Origin: the human T2T-CHM13v2.0 reference genome, Homo sapiens
Direction: 5' to 3' (one strand)
DNA: 64,000 nt
NCBI RefSeq assembly: GCF_009914755.1
Contig: NC_060935.1
A program made the translations under genes and the position numbers. How positions within the stretch are numbered: position 1 is the stretch's first letter; each line of letters begins with the position of its first letter. Shown piece after piece: positions 13,443 to 26,590 of this stretch. The notes under the pieces were generated by a model that was given only the letters and a program-made list of their open reading frames with translations, did no database searches and was not told the DNA's origin.

Positions 13443-14613
13443 CCAGTCTTTAATGCTATTGATATATGCAACAAAAATAAAAAAGAATGTCTAAACAAAG
13501 ATGGGCATGCAAATATCCACAGAAGCTTTATTTATAATTTCACCAAACTGAAAACAACTGAAATATGTATCAAGAGGTGAATAGCTAGATAAATTATGCT
13601 ATATCCATGCACTGGAATATTACTCAGCAATAAGAGTGAATGACTGATACATGCAAGTGCATGGATAAATCTTAAATCTCAAAATAATTATGCCTAATGA
13701 AAGAATACCATCAAAACAAGATTACACACTGTATGATTCCACATATGTAAAATTTTAGAAAACATAAACTCACATATGGTGATTAACACAGACCATTGGT
13801 TGTGTAGAGTTGGTGGAAGTGTGGAAAGGGAGGAAGGAATTACAAAGGGTACAAGAAGATGTTTGAATTGATAGATATGCTTATCATCTTCTTTGAAAGA
13901 AAAAATACAGAGTTTAACAATGAAGTCATTACATATCAGCCCCAGCCAAACCAATCACCAAAGTTGTCCTGAATATACGTGGTGGTTATTTGCGTATATA
14001 CCTCTGTATAATGCTAATTCTTTTACCTGGAATGATGACTGTCTGCACCCCAATCATTGCACATAAAAAAGTATCATACTTTTACAAAATTGACACTGAA
14101 TACTGAATTTGTTATTTTTAGCTTATTTAAAACTCCACAATGATTTTTTTCTCTTTCAGCACATCAAATGTGACTTTTACTTCATTATTAATATTATGAT
14201 CCACTTTTAAACTCTAAGGTGTTTGAGGGCTTACAAGACTATGTTTTCTGAGGTTTTGTATCCTCACAATCTCTAGCACAACAAAAGTGTCCATTAATAT
14301 TTACTGAATAAATGGAGGAATTAATGTATAAATGAAAACTTCAAGGTGGATACTATGTGAGTGCCTGGTCTAAATTTCATGCAATGTCATAATTGCAATG
14401 GGAAATCTAACTAAATACCCTTTCAGATACTTTTTATCATCTCTAAAATACTAAATTTGTATGAGAATTTTGAATTTCTTCTTTTATAATATATTATTCA
14501 TTTTAATGAAAATTATCTCTAAAGTCAATTTCTATTATTAACATTCTATTATCTTGTTATTCTATTGACAGTTAAAATATATTCCTCTAGTGAGTTCCCC
14601 ATTGGTCCTTATA

Positions 14614-15229
14614 CAGAGTATCCCAAGAAACACTTGGGGGAGGAGGAGTGTTCATGAAAATAAAGTGATGCATGGAATAGTTTTTTTTAATAAAAAGCAT
14701 TTAAAAATATATATGTATAAAAATATTAAAAACGTTTGTATTATTGTTTGTTTTACTGTGCAATAGTGTGCCTTTCAAGAAATGAGGTGCTATCATGAAG
14801 AATGTCAAGATGTTGCAAGATTGATCACCTGATGCATGAGTAAATGACATTCAGTTTGTGCATTGATGCATAGGCAGCATTTACAAACTAACTATCATAT
14901 TGATGTATGTGGTCTATTTTGTCTTTGCTGGTCTATCTTATATATCTTGTCTTTTTTTGAACACATATTGTGACACTTTATTATCTTGTTTATTCTTGTT
15001 TTTAATAAAATATTTTCTCTCTCTAATTTGGATTTTTTCTATCACAAAATAAAAATACACATAAATCAAATTGTTATGACTTCTCACTGTAATTAAGTAA
15101 TATGTGATGCTGTTTCTTGCCGTCTACTTTCATTCATTTGCACATTATATCTTATGATCTTTTGTTGGTGTTACATCAATACATTTTAATTTTTAATCAA
15201 TTCAGTGTTCAAAAGTTTGGGAAATGCTG
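14614..15229 (+). mobile_element. Possible ancient hAT-Charlie remnant
   Basis: TIR-like ends cagagtatcccaa / tttgggaaatgctg. A degenerate F-V-H-(C)..M-H-R-Q-H-L near 14850-14885 resembles the hAT transposase CxxH motif. No convincing TSD. Confidence 0.35.
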
Positions 15230-16039
15230 ACTTAGTCAAATAAGTATTTGTGTGACTATTTGATTAATGTTTCCATCTCTCTCAAGAAAATAAGTTTCTA
15301 AACAGGTGATGCCTATTTTTTCTCACTGTTATATATCTAGTACCTAGCTCAGTTTCTAACACATGCAAGTACGGAAATAAAACTGTATATTGATAGCCAT
15401 ACAATCAGGTAAGTTAGCAGGGATTCCCACTGTGCATGAAGCCTTGCGAGGCATTAGGAAACAAGTCCTTCTGCTTTCACTGGCATGTTATTACCACTAG
15501 GCCTGGGCTGTTCCAATTTCAGCCAGCCATTTATCTGTCTATTCTATATGGAATTACCTACTGCCACTAATTGAATATGTTTTCTCTTTTTCTGCCTTGG
15601 TCTTCATGGCAAATCTTTCTTTCCTGGAAAGGAAATGTTTGATTCACCTGGTTGTGTAAAAACTGCTTTTAGTGACTTGTGGAATTTAAGCTTACTATTA
15701 ATGTAGCCTGTTCCTATATTTTAAAATGTCATATTATCTTTCTAGACTATTTAAACTTGTATTTAAATTGAACATGTCCTTAAGCATTGTCATACAGAAG
15801 TTATTCTGCAACTTATGAGTATAGATGAATGAGATTTGAGCCCATATACATTGGTACTTTTAGATTTTAAACTGCTTCGTTTGTCATTTTATTGGTGACA
15901 ACTTCTGCCATATTCTATTCATTAGTAGTGAGTCACTCAGTTCAGTCCCCATTCAAGGGGAAGGGAATTTGTCTCTATCTTTTGAAGGATGTAGTGTAAA
16001 AGAACTTGCGGACTTAGGTATTTTAAAGCCACCACATAG

Positions 16040-18960
16040 AGACACTCACAAAAATCAGTATTGTTAAATATGATACTCCATTTCTAAAACAATTACAGGA
16101 TACTATAGGAATGAAACAGTCATAAAACAAGAAAGAAAGCTCCTAAAAATTAAGAGAAAAATTAATAATATGATTGCCGAAATACACACAAGGAAATCTA
16201 ATAGAAAGGGTAAAACATAAAATTGGTAAAGTTGCCAGAATTTATTATAAAAATCAATAAAGATAATTTTGGAAAGCAAGAAATATGGATATAGATCATC
16301 AATAATGAAGATCCAACATTCACCCAATAGAAATTGAAAGATAGAAAAAGAGACGATTAGCAGTTATTGACAAAGAAGAAGGAGGTAGAATAGAAGAAGT
16401 AGAAGAGGAGGAAGAAGGAAAAAGGAATGAAAAGAGAGAAAAGAAGAAAAAGACAAGAAAATTTTTTTCCCAGATCCAATAAGTTGAGTTTTCATCAGCA
16501 ACCCAAAGTGCTAGAAGATAATATGACAAATGGGTTCTAAAATTTGAATTAAAATGATCAAACAAAAATACCATTGTGAGAAAAACTTCCTATCGAATGG
16601 GAAACAAATATTTTTTAAGATGTGTGAGGGCAAAAAACTTCTATCTTTCACAAGAGCAGGGTTGGGGAATAAACATTGCATATTGGAACAGAAGAATTGA
16701 TGACTCTGATCAAAAGTTTCCAGAAGAAAAATAGGAGAAATTATACAAATGTCAACATAAAAAGGCAACTGAGACTTCCCCTTTTACTAATGCAGACTAG
16801 ATAGCTTAGACCATCCCTCCCACTCAAAATGATCTAAAAAATCTGGGAGAAAAATCTGTCTGAAGCATTGAGATTTAACAAGGCAGCAAACAAGTATTAA
16901 GCCAAAAATCTTTAATAAGAAAACTTAGAGGGAGTTTTTAACCTTAGGGACGTCATGGATTCGGAAAACATAGCGGGGCAGAGCTGTTAGTAGACTCAAA
17001 TGACTTGGGGACAGATACAGACGATCTCCGATTTACAATGGTTTGACAACAAATTTTTGACTTTATAATGGTGCAAAAGTGATATGCATTCGGTAGAAAC
17101 AGTACTTTGAGTTCCTATACAACCATTCTCTTTTTCTCTTTCAGTACAGTATTCAATTAATTACATGAGATATTCAACACTATATTATAAAATAGGCTTT
17201 GATTCAAATAATTTTGCTTATTTATATGCTAATGTAAGTGTTCTGAGTATGTGCAAGTTAGGTGGGACTGTGCTATGATGTTTGATAGGTGAGGTGGTAT
17301 TAAATGCATTTTTGACTTGCAATATTTTAAATTTACAGTGGGTTTATTGGGTTGTAAACCCATCATAAGTTGACAAGCATCTCTATTGGAGTTCACAACC
17401 TACAAGCACAGGAGGTTTGGCAAAGCCCTTATGCTTTTGGTTGAGGCTTGGAAGGGTGATATGCTAGGATTAAGGGTAAATTCTAAATAAATAAACCTTT
17501 GCATGGACCGATGCCTAGCTTTTAATCAAATAAATCTCTTGTTGGATTATAGTGTTTTGGAATTGCTATTTCCCTAGTTACTTGTCAGAAGAAAATGTTC
17601 TGAGGAAAGGTTATATTATTTTAGAATGCAAATATCTCTATGATTTTTATAGGCAATGTTCAATATACAATCAAATATAATCAGAAATGTAAGAACACAA
17701 TTAAAAACCTGGGAAACAATAGACAATTTAAAAAATACATGGGTTCAGGTTAATGAAATTATCAACTTTAAAATGAGAATGTTTAATATGTTGAAAGAAG
17801 TAAAATGTAAGATAAAAATTTCAGGCAAGAACTGAAATATACAAAAATGAATTACAATGACGTTCTAGGACTGAATAATCAACAACAAATTAAACTCAAT
17901 AAATGTATATTTTAAAGCAGAAGAGATTCAGCTAAGTTTTTCAGTCTGTCCCATTCACTAAATTTCCTTCTTTTGGAACTACAAATACATACATTTTGAC
18001 TTTTTTTCCACCATAGCCTTATATCTCTTACCCTTCTTTTCTTGTGTGTTTCAATTTTGATACTTTTTTCAGATCTGTCTTCTAGTTTACTCATCCTCTC
18101 TTCCACTGTATCTAATATGCTTTAAAATTGTCAATATTCGTGTCTGATGGGAAGTCAATGATGCTGAAAGGAATGAAAAGTAGTGATAATGGTCAATATG
18201 AGAGTGAATCGAAATAAATATTTATTGTAGACAATAATAAGATAATGTCTAAGGAAGTCACACACACATTTATAATAAAAAAGACATGAAAACAATACAA
18301 AATAGGCAGACATCAGAAGAGTGTTAAATGTTCTAAGGTTCTAACATTAGCCAAGAATAGGTAAAATTGTCAATTCACATTAGGCTTTTGATATATCATG
18401 GACACATGTTGTAGTCTCTAGCATAACCACTGAAAGAGCAGTGAAATAATGTATAGCTATTAAAATAATAAAGGGAAATAAAATACTAAAAAATAGTTAA
18501 CATAGAAAAAACCTAAATTTAATCTAAGTAATTTATTTTAAAAGGAAATAATCTACAAAGTAAGAGAGAAAAGAGAACATGTGAGACAGATAAAAAAACA
18601 CAATGGTATATTTAAGGCCAAATATTTCATTAACATCAAAAGTAAAATAACTAAATACTCTAATTAAAAGACAACGACTGTTATACCTAATTAAAAGTAT
18701 AACAACCTAAACTGATACCTTTCCACAACTGTTACACTAGATTAAAAACAATAACAACAACAGCATCAACTGCTAAAAGAGACATAACTCAAGTGTAAAA
18801 GCACTCAAAGACTGAAAATAAAAGATGTAAAAACATGTATATTACATCCAACACTAACAAAGCAAAAGTTGGTATAACCATTTATTAACAAGGCAGAATA
18901 TTTTAAGGAACTAAATTTTCTAGAGATAAATAGAAACATTTTATAGTGATAGAGAATTGT
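16040..18960 (+). mobile_element. Old L1M 5'/ORF1/ORF2-start fragments, sense, with an internal micro-inversion
   Basis: A-rich degenerate L1 ORF1 and endonuclease-like phrases; segment 17910-18127 is in the opposite orientation. Confidence 0.6.
17018..17383 (-). mobile_element. MER47A-like MITE (TcMar-Tigger)
   Basis: TA-flanked; cagacgatctccgatttacaatgg start and catcataagttgacaagcatct end; body cagtacagtattcaat...catgagatattcaacac. Confidence 0.82.
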
Positions 18961-19127
18961 TTTTTTTCTTTTCCTTCTTTTTTAAATGAAACAGTTTTTT
19001 TGTTTTTGTTTTTGTTTTCTAATTTGGAAAAAAAGATAGCCAATGTCTAGGCAGACTGAAAAGCTCACGGAAGGACTGACTCTACATGTCAGATACTCAG
19101 ATAAGTGTTTCATACAAGAAGATTTGA

Positions 19128-19460
19128 GGCCGGGCGCGGTGGCTCAAGCCTGTAGTCCCAGCACTTTGGGAAGCTGAGGTGGGCAGATCACGAGGTCAGG
19201 AGATCGAGACCATCCTATCCTGGCTAACATGGTGAAACCCCGTCTCTACTAAAAATACAAAAAAATTAGCCGGGCGTGGTGGCGGGCGCCTGGAGTCCCA
19301 GCTACTCTGTAGGCTGAGGCAGGAGAATGGCGTGAACCTGGGAGGCGGAGCTTGCAGTGAGCTGGGAGGCGGAGCTTGCAGTGAGCAGAGATGGCGCCAC
19401 TGCACGTGAGCCTGCGTGACAGAGTGAGACTCCGTCTCAAAAAAAAAAAAAAAAGAAAGA
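19128..19460 (+). mobile_element. AluY with internal 5-bp and 24-bp tandem duplications
   Basis: AluY diagnostics (gagatcgagaccatcc, gaatggcgtgaacc, gcggagcttgcag); TSD AA(G/T)AAGATTTGA at 19116-19127 and 19461-19472. Confidence 0.92.
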
Positions 19461-19914
19461 AATAAGATTTGAAATTTTCACTACAATTATGCTTCCTGAA
19501 GGTATTTTTATATCTGATATTTTGGCACTTTAAGTCTGTTTTCAAGTTGAAATCTAGAATTCTCTTATCTTTAAAAGTTCTGGAGACCACTTTGCTTTGT
19601 TACCTCAACAGCATTATCATTCAGGGTGCTTGACATTCCTTATTGCATTGCTGTGATGTTTAGATAGCCTCCTCTGCCACTGAGAGCAGTGCAAGCAAGT
19701 TACATCCTCGTGTTTTCTTCTTGTGTTAATTTCAGACCAATTTCTTCCCAGGAAGAAGCTGTACTTTTTTAAATTCTATTTTTAATTGAAATTTGCATTG
19801 ATGTAATTGTAGATTCACATATAGTTGTAAGAGATAATACAGAGAGATCCCTTGCTTAATTTTTTTCCCATAAGAACATCTTGCAAAATTATAGTATAAT
19901 ATAACAACCAGGAG

Positions 19915-19958
19915 ATATATGTGTATGTGTGTGTGTGTGTGTGTGTGCGCGCGCGCGC

Positions 19959-19989
<31 letters not shown>
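19915..19989. repeat. Compound (TG)n(CG)n(TG)n(TA)n microsatellite
   Basis: About 75 bp of uninterrupted purine-pyrimidine alternation with a central CG run. Confidence 0.95.
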
Positions 19990-19992
19990 ATT

Positions 19993-20305
<313 letters not shown>

Positions 20306-20447
20306 TGACATTGATACAATCCATTGATCTTATTTCAGATTTCCCATTTTCCTTGTACTCACGTGTTTGTGTGTGTGTGTGTGCACCTGCGTATTTTGTT
20401 CTACACAATTTTAACAGCTGTAGGTTCATGTATCGAACACCACAATC

Positions 20448-20817
20448 ATTTTAGTTAGCTTGGATTCCTATATCAAAGACCAGCAACTGGGTAGTTTAAA
20501 CAACTAATGTATATTTCTCATCGTTCTGAATCCTGGAAGTGCAAAATCAAAGTGCTGATTGATTTGGTGCCTGGTTGTGACTCTCTTCCTTGTGGCCGAC
20601 GGCCATTTTTTTTGCTGTATATTTATTGGTGGAGAGAGAAAGAGCTCTGGTCTCTTCTTATAAGGGCACTAATCCCATCATGGGGACTCCCCTTTCAAGA
20701 CCTCATCTAAACTGAACGACTTCCCAAAGGCCCTACCTCCAAATACCATTCTTATTGGAGACAAGGATTTCCACATATTAATTTGGGGGGGATGATATAA
20801 ACATGAAATCTATAACA
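20448..20817 (-). mobile_element. MLT1A-like solo LTR
   Basis: cttataagggcactaatcccatcatgggg...cccaaaggccctacctccaaatacc...tataaca. Confidence 0.78.
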
Positions 20818-22538
20818 ACAGCAAAGATTCAAAACTCCTCTATTAACACAAGAATGCTCTTTTATAACCACCCACCTGCCTTCCATCCCTATCTCTAACC
20901 TCTGGCAACCACAAATCTATTTTCCATATTCAATTTTATTTTTATTTCAAAAAGTTATATCAATGGAATTATTCACTGTAACATTTGGATATTGGCTTTC
21001 TCCCCTCAACATAATTCTCTAGATACTTGTCTATGTTGTTTGTATCAACAGTTGGTTACTTCTAATTTCATGGAACAATATTCCATGGTGTGTATACACC
21101 ACAGTTTGTTTAACCTTTCTCCCAATGAAGGACATCTGGGCTATTTCTAGTTTTTAGTTACTATGAATGAAGCTCATATGAACAGTTATGTATAGGTTTT
21201 TGTGTGAAAATGTTTTCATTTCTCTGGGATAAATGTTCAAGAAAGTAATTGCTGGGCCATATAGTAATTGCATGTTTAATTTCATAAGAAATAGCCAAAA
21301 TATTTTCTAGAGTGGCTGTATCATTTTATATTCTCATCAGCAAAGTATGAATGATCCTATTTCTCTTCAAATCTGTCAGCATTTGCTGTTTTCATATTTT
21401 TGTTTTAGGCATTCTAATGGGTGTACAGTGATATCTCTTCCTGGTTTTAATTTACATTTCCCTGATGGCTAACAGGTAGAACATCTTTTCATGTGTTATT
21501 TGCCATCTTTATATCCGCCTCAGTGAAATGTGTCTTCCTGTCTTTTGCGATTTTCTAATTGGAATTTTTAAATTTAGAGTTTTGAGAGTTTTAAAAAATG
21601 TATTCTAGGTATTATTCCTTTGTTGGATATTTGGTTTACAAATATTTTCTTTCAGTTTCTCACTTATCTTTTAGGACTTTTCACGAGTTATTGCAGAACA
21701 AAAGTTTTAATTTTTGTGAGGTTTAAATGATCGTTTTTTCCTTTTACAGATTGTACTTTCGGTGTCATGACTAAGAACTCTTTGCTGACCCCTGGATCCT
21801 GAAGATTTTCTTTTATTTTTTTCCTAAGATTTTATAGTTTTATTTTTTCATTTAAGTTACATTCATTTGAATTAATTTTTATCTGAAAAATACTGTTTTT
21901 CTTTCACTGTAGGCTTGTCTCTGTATAAATTCAATTTGAAAATATGGCAATATGTATCTTTGATTTTCAAATGAACAAGCTCATAAATACAAAAATTAAA
22001 GGCATAACAAGAAAATAACATGTTTTATGTCCTTTGATACCTTTGTTTTCTGCTTTGGCAGTTGTCAAAAATACTAAGTACCTACGACTTTCCTTTCTAA
22101 AATCTTCAATTTCTTTAAAGTCTATTTCTAAGTTCTATTTTCTTGAGGAAGTGGTCCATGACCACCTCTCCTAATGTTTCTTCTCTAATGTTCCATAGCA
22201 TTCATTCATTTGTACAGTTAGTTTTACAGGCAGCTGTATTCTAGTATTTTTCTGATTCTTGTAATACATTATATTGTCTTCTTCAGCAGGGCCTTTGCAC
22301 ATACTGTTCCTTGAAATCCTTCCTCTGCACCCTTCAACTGGTTGCCTCTTTCCTATCCTTCAGTTTTTCAGTTCAAATGTTATTTTTATAGCATGAATTA
22401 AGTCCCCTAATTTTAATCTTTCATAGAACTGATATTTAGTATAGTTGCTAATTAGGATTTATTTGTTTAAGTATTTGACTTTCCATTAGACTATATCGTC
22501 TGTGAGGAAGATGCTATTTGCTTTTGGTCACCCGTGTA

Positions 22539-22845
22539 TTTTTTTTTTTTTTTTTTTTTTTTTTGAGACAGAGTCTCACTCTGTCGCCCAGGCTGGAGTG
22601 CAGTGTCGTGATCTGGGCTCACTGAAAGCTCCTCCTCCCAGGTTCATGCCATTCTCCTGCCTCAGCCTCCCGAGTAGCTGGGACTACAGGCGCCCGCCAC
22701 TACGCTGGGCTAATTTTTTGTATTTTTAGTAGAGACGGGGTTTCACTGTGTTCGCCAGGATGGTCTCGATCTCCTGACCTCGTGATCCACCCACCTTGGC
22801 CTCCCAAAGTGCTGGGATTACAGGCATGAGCCACCGCGCCCGGCT
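22539..22845 (-). mobile_element. AluY
   Basis: Antisense full-length; ccattctcctgcc, ggatggtctcgatctcctgacctcgtgatcc; long T tract. Confidence 0.92.
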
Positions 22846-22849
22846 GTAT

Positions 22850-22850
<1 letters not shown>

Positions 22851-22880
<30 letters not shown>

Positions 22881-22905
22881 GAGACAGAGTCTCGCTCTGT
22901 CGCCC
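22851..22905 (-). mobile_element. Extremely 5'-truncated Alu (25 nt plus (TTTTG)n tail)
   Basis: gagacagagtctcgctctgtcgccc preceded by a T-rich tail, directly abutting the AluY. Confidence 0.8.
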
Positions 22906-24924
22906 GTATGTTTTATTTACAGTACAATGCCTGGCCAATAATTGAGGTGCAATAAATGCGTCTTGAAAAAAAAAAAGTGAATTTTTGATTTGTAAATTTC
23001 AAAAGGCAGGGGCTGTAATTTACAACTTAACTGCATAGAACCTAAATGCCAGAGAGACTTAGTGCTTGATTTCCAGAGAAGAAAGCTGAGTATTTAATTT
23101 ATCTATACAAGAAAGTGTTTAGGAGAATAGCAATATCTACCCAAATAATTTTTATTGGGAAGAGAGGGAAAGTACAGAAAACACTTCTTGAAACAGTCAT
23201 GTAATTAGAGTTAAATAGCGATCATAATTTAAACAATCAGAGTAATTACTTAAATTGTTTATTTCCTTTTGAATTGTAGAGTCATAGCTAACAAAACCTC
23301 TTACTATGTTTTTTATACAGGAAAATAAAATTCATTAAGAAATGTAGGTATGGGCAGGCAAAGGAGGCTATTAGTGGCCGAATTTGTTCCAGAGCACATT
23401 ATAAAGACTAAATATAATTGTGCTGGCCTATTTATGAGTTAAAAATATACAGTATCTTGTTTGGCCCATTTTTTGTTTTACACTCTCCTGGGAACCCAGT
23501 GGAACTGTAGCTCATTTTTAGCTCCCTCCCTAGCTCCGTATTTTCTATCCACCCAGGCTGGATGGGAGTGAAAGTCACTTTGCTATTGTCAGCTGCATTG
23601 GAGCAGCTGAATCTCTCTGTCCCAGAAGTAGGGAAGGTAAAAGCTCCATGCAGAGGACTTTCCATTCTTAGCTAAAGCTAGTTGCTTTGGCCTCAGGGGC
23701 TAATCAAGTATTATAAACACTGATTAAATAAGGTAGGTCATTTCCATCACCATTTTCCAGACAGGAAAATGGAGGCACCACACCTGGGAATGACATTTGC
23801 AGACTCAGGAAGACAATTTGCGGTTGCTTAATTCCTTTGCTTTGCAAATGCCAGGAGAGAGCACTGGAGAAGTTAGGCATAGTTTGAATACTATTCAAAC
23901 AGGTCACATTTGGAGGCTGAGGTGTCTCATTAAAACTTCCTGTTACTGCTGTATATCCCTACACTGTATATCCAAGTCCATGACAGAGGCGCTGTACATC
24001 TCCTGTCTTAACATCTAATAGTCCTTGCCAGATGGAATGAAAAAGTTGATTATACGCAGCTTTGCCAACGTCTCTTGACAGGAAAGAGCAAAAAAAAATC
24101 CTCCTGAACAAATGAAATGTCAGTCAAATCTCAAACATATTAAAGCAAGATATGCTATATTATTTTCCTAGATTAGAGATTAACTGGTTTCTAATTAATT
24201 CTGAAGATGTTTAATAATTTAGCATGACTGGTTTTAGGATTCAGGAATATCCTTTAATCCAGTTTTGTTGTTGTTGTTTTTATTTTTTCACTCAGGTGCC
24301 TACCTCCTTGTAAAGTGGGTATTATCATGCAACTGGAATCTTAGCTTTTCAGAAAGCCACTGCTTTGGGAATTGGAAGAGGCGTAGAGCTCAGGATTTCT
24401 TCTTTCTGTCTTAATGAGCTGTAGTCTCTAAAGTGTTAAAACAGGCCAATATTTGAAGGGGGAAAAAAAGAGTCTGAGCTATTCACATCTTGACAGTCCC
24501 CACTCTCACTCTTGCTCTGAGCTCAGGTTTGCCTCACAGGGATGTTTCAAAGAAATTGGGTTGTGTGGCAGTGTGGGTGGGAGGCAGGGAGGAAAAGGAG
24601 GATTTTAGAATTAAGTAAGAATTTTGAAATGGGTTGCAAATTTTCATTGCAGGGAATGTGTCATTAGAAATCACTGGAATAGGTGCAATTTCTATCACAT
24701 TTGCATTTATAGTTTTCAATGGCTTTTCTTGATGGTTGGATGGGGATGGATCTCTCCAATGTCTACCCGTTGACTCATGGGATCTTAAAGGAGAGACACG
24801 TTTCTAACTCTTGCTGCGGGGAGAAACTATAAAACTATAGTCCAGAGACCTTCAAATGGCCTCCAGTCTCTTCTTTAGTATAGAATTTTAGAGCTAAATG
24901 TTACCTTATGGATTTTTCTAGATG

Positions 24925-25087
24925 CTTGCCACTAAAAATGTAATTGGAGGAGCAGCAACATTGCTGTAACAGCAGAGCTCGCTAGGAATGTAGAATCCCC
25001 ACCCCAGACCTTCCGAATCTGACCCTGCCTTTTTAATAAGATCCTCAAATGACTCATAAGTGCATTAAAGTTTGAGAGGCATTGCTC
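24925..25087. mobile_element. MER5-like hAT MITE inside a MIR remnant
   Basis: ccccaccccagacct...gaatct...ttttaataagatcc...taaagtttgagaggcattg. Confidence 0.65.
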
Positions 25088-25859
25088 TAGATGAAACCCC
25101 TTATTATATAGATTAGGAAACTGTGGGCCTGATCTGGGGCATTATTAGCTCTCATTAAAACAATCACAAAACAGAGCCTACTCTTCTTCTTTCTCTGGCC
25201 ATACTGCTCTTCCCCATATGACACTGCCCCTCTTGAACCTTAAATTCAGTGTTAATTGTGTATATGTGATCACTAGTAAAAAAGCAACTGGCCCCCCATT
25301 CGCATAAACAGATACTGTGTCTGAGTTTCTGTGATTTCTAATATTATTGCAAAAACAACTAGCACAGTGTCTGTGTATGTAGTGGGTGCACAATGGATAC
25401 TATAATAATATTAGTATTGTTAGTACTGACAGTTATTAGTGTTATGTGCATGGTAAAAGCAAGAGAAAATGGTGAAAGCTTTTCAGGCAAGGTATCTTGT
25501 CCTCTTATCCACCCAAGTAGCTTCAAGACCAGACCAGGAAATGATGGAAGGAAGTGGCTATGGTGGGACCTGGGTTTATTTTCACTTAGTTTCCTGCCAG
25601 AGGCTAGGAGGTGATCTGCCAGTGACTCAGAGCAGCTCATTACCATGAGGATTATTTTTACCTGCTTCCATGGCACTGATAAAGTAAAAAGATGAGGAGT
25701 CATTTAGAGACACCACCAACGTCTTTTGTGCTTTTGGGTAGAACCTCTAGTCTTCTGCTAATTGCAGGTACAGTCATTCTGGATAAATGGAAAACAACTC
25801 ACTCCTGGCCAGCAATCTGCCTTCTCATTTTTTCCCCCCTATCCTTCTACCCTATCCTT

Positions 25860-26590
25860 CTTTTTCTACCTTCAATATTTATTGAGCACTTACCATATGC
25901 TAGGCTCCACAATAAACGGAAACTAGGCTCACACAAAAATGTATAATGCTTGGCTTCTGCCCTCAGAAAGATCTTATTGTAGCAAGAGGAGCAGACACTT
26001 CTGTAGAAGTGCCATGAGATGAGAGCTATGGGTGAATATGAACAAACACCATGAGAGAATAAGAGAACGTCTGATGAAGAGTAAAACTAAGTGAGCACCT
26101 GTAATAGCTGCAGGTTGTGATAATACATTACATATCTGTGTTACTGAGTTTTTCAAGGGGTAGGTGGTAGGAAAGTCTCCTTCGAGGTAGTAATATTTGA
26201 GTTAAGCCTTGCCGATCAAGTAGCGTTTCACCAGCTGGCAGAATGAAGAAGCGTCCTTGTTAGTAGAAGGACTAACGTAAGCAAAGATGGGACACAATGG
26301 AAGTGTGTCCAGAGAATTTAACAAATAGCTTTGTTAAATCATGAGGTATACAGAGGAGAATAGCAGAGGATGGTACTGGAAAGGTACGTGGAGGTTTGAT
26401 TTTGAATAGACCTGAATGTCCTACTAAATAGTCTGGCCTCTATCTAATCCATTGCCAAATTTTAAGTAGTACAGTCACATAAAAAATGTATTTGAGTTTT
26501 AGACATATATCTCTGGCATTTTGGTTGTGAGAAAAGTTGGAGTTAGGAAGCTTATAATGCTATTAACATAGTTCAGGCAAGAGTTGCAAG
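25860..26590 (-). mobile_element. L2 remnant
   Basis: caatatttattgagcacttaccatatgctaggc and atttgagttaagccttg, L2 3'-type phrases. Confidence 0.6.

Larger units (their letters stand above)
9480..13890 (+). mobile_element. Old LINE-1 (L1MC/L1MD-like), sense, internally deleted, with nested elements
   Basis: A-rich. 5' region ~10110, ORF1-like 10380-10900, ORF2 endonuclease-like 11290-12310, 3' end 12545-13890. Confidence 0.7.

Noticed and set aside
16372-16460. Purine-rich tract as a triplex-forming element
   Set aside because: Irregular, no clear mirror symmetry; low-complexity expansion in an old L1.
26290-26339. Two adjacent small hairpins (7-bp and 10-bp stems)
   Set aside because: Short stems within an L2 remnant; compatible with chance and not like any ncRNA I recognise.
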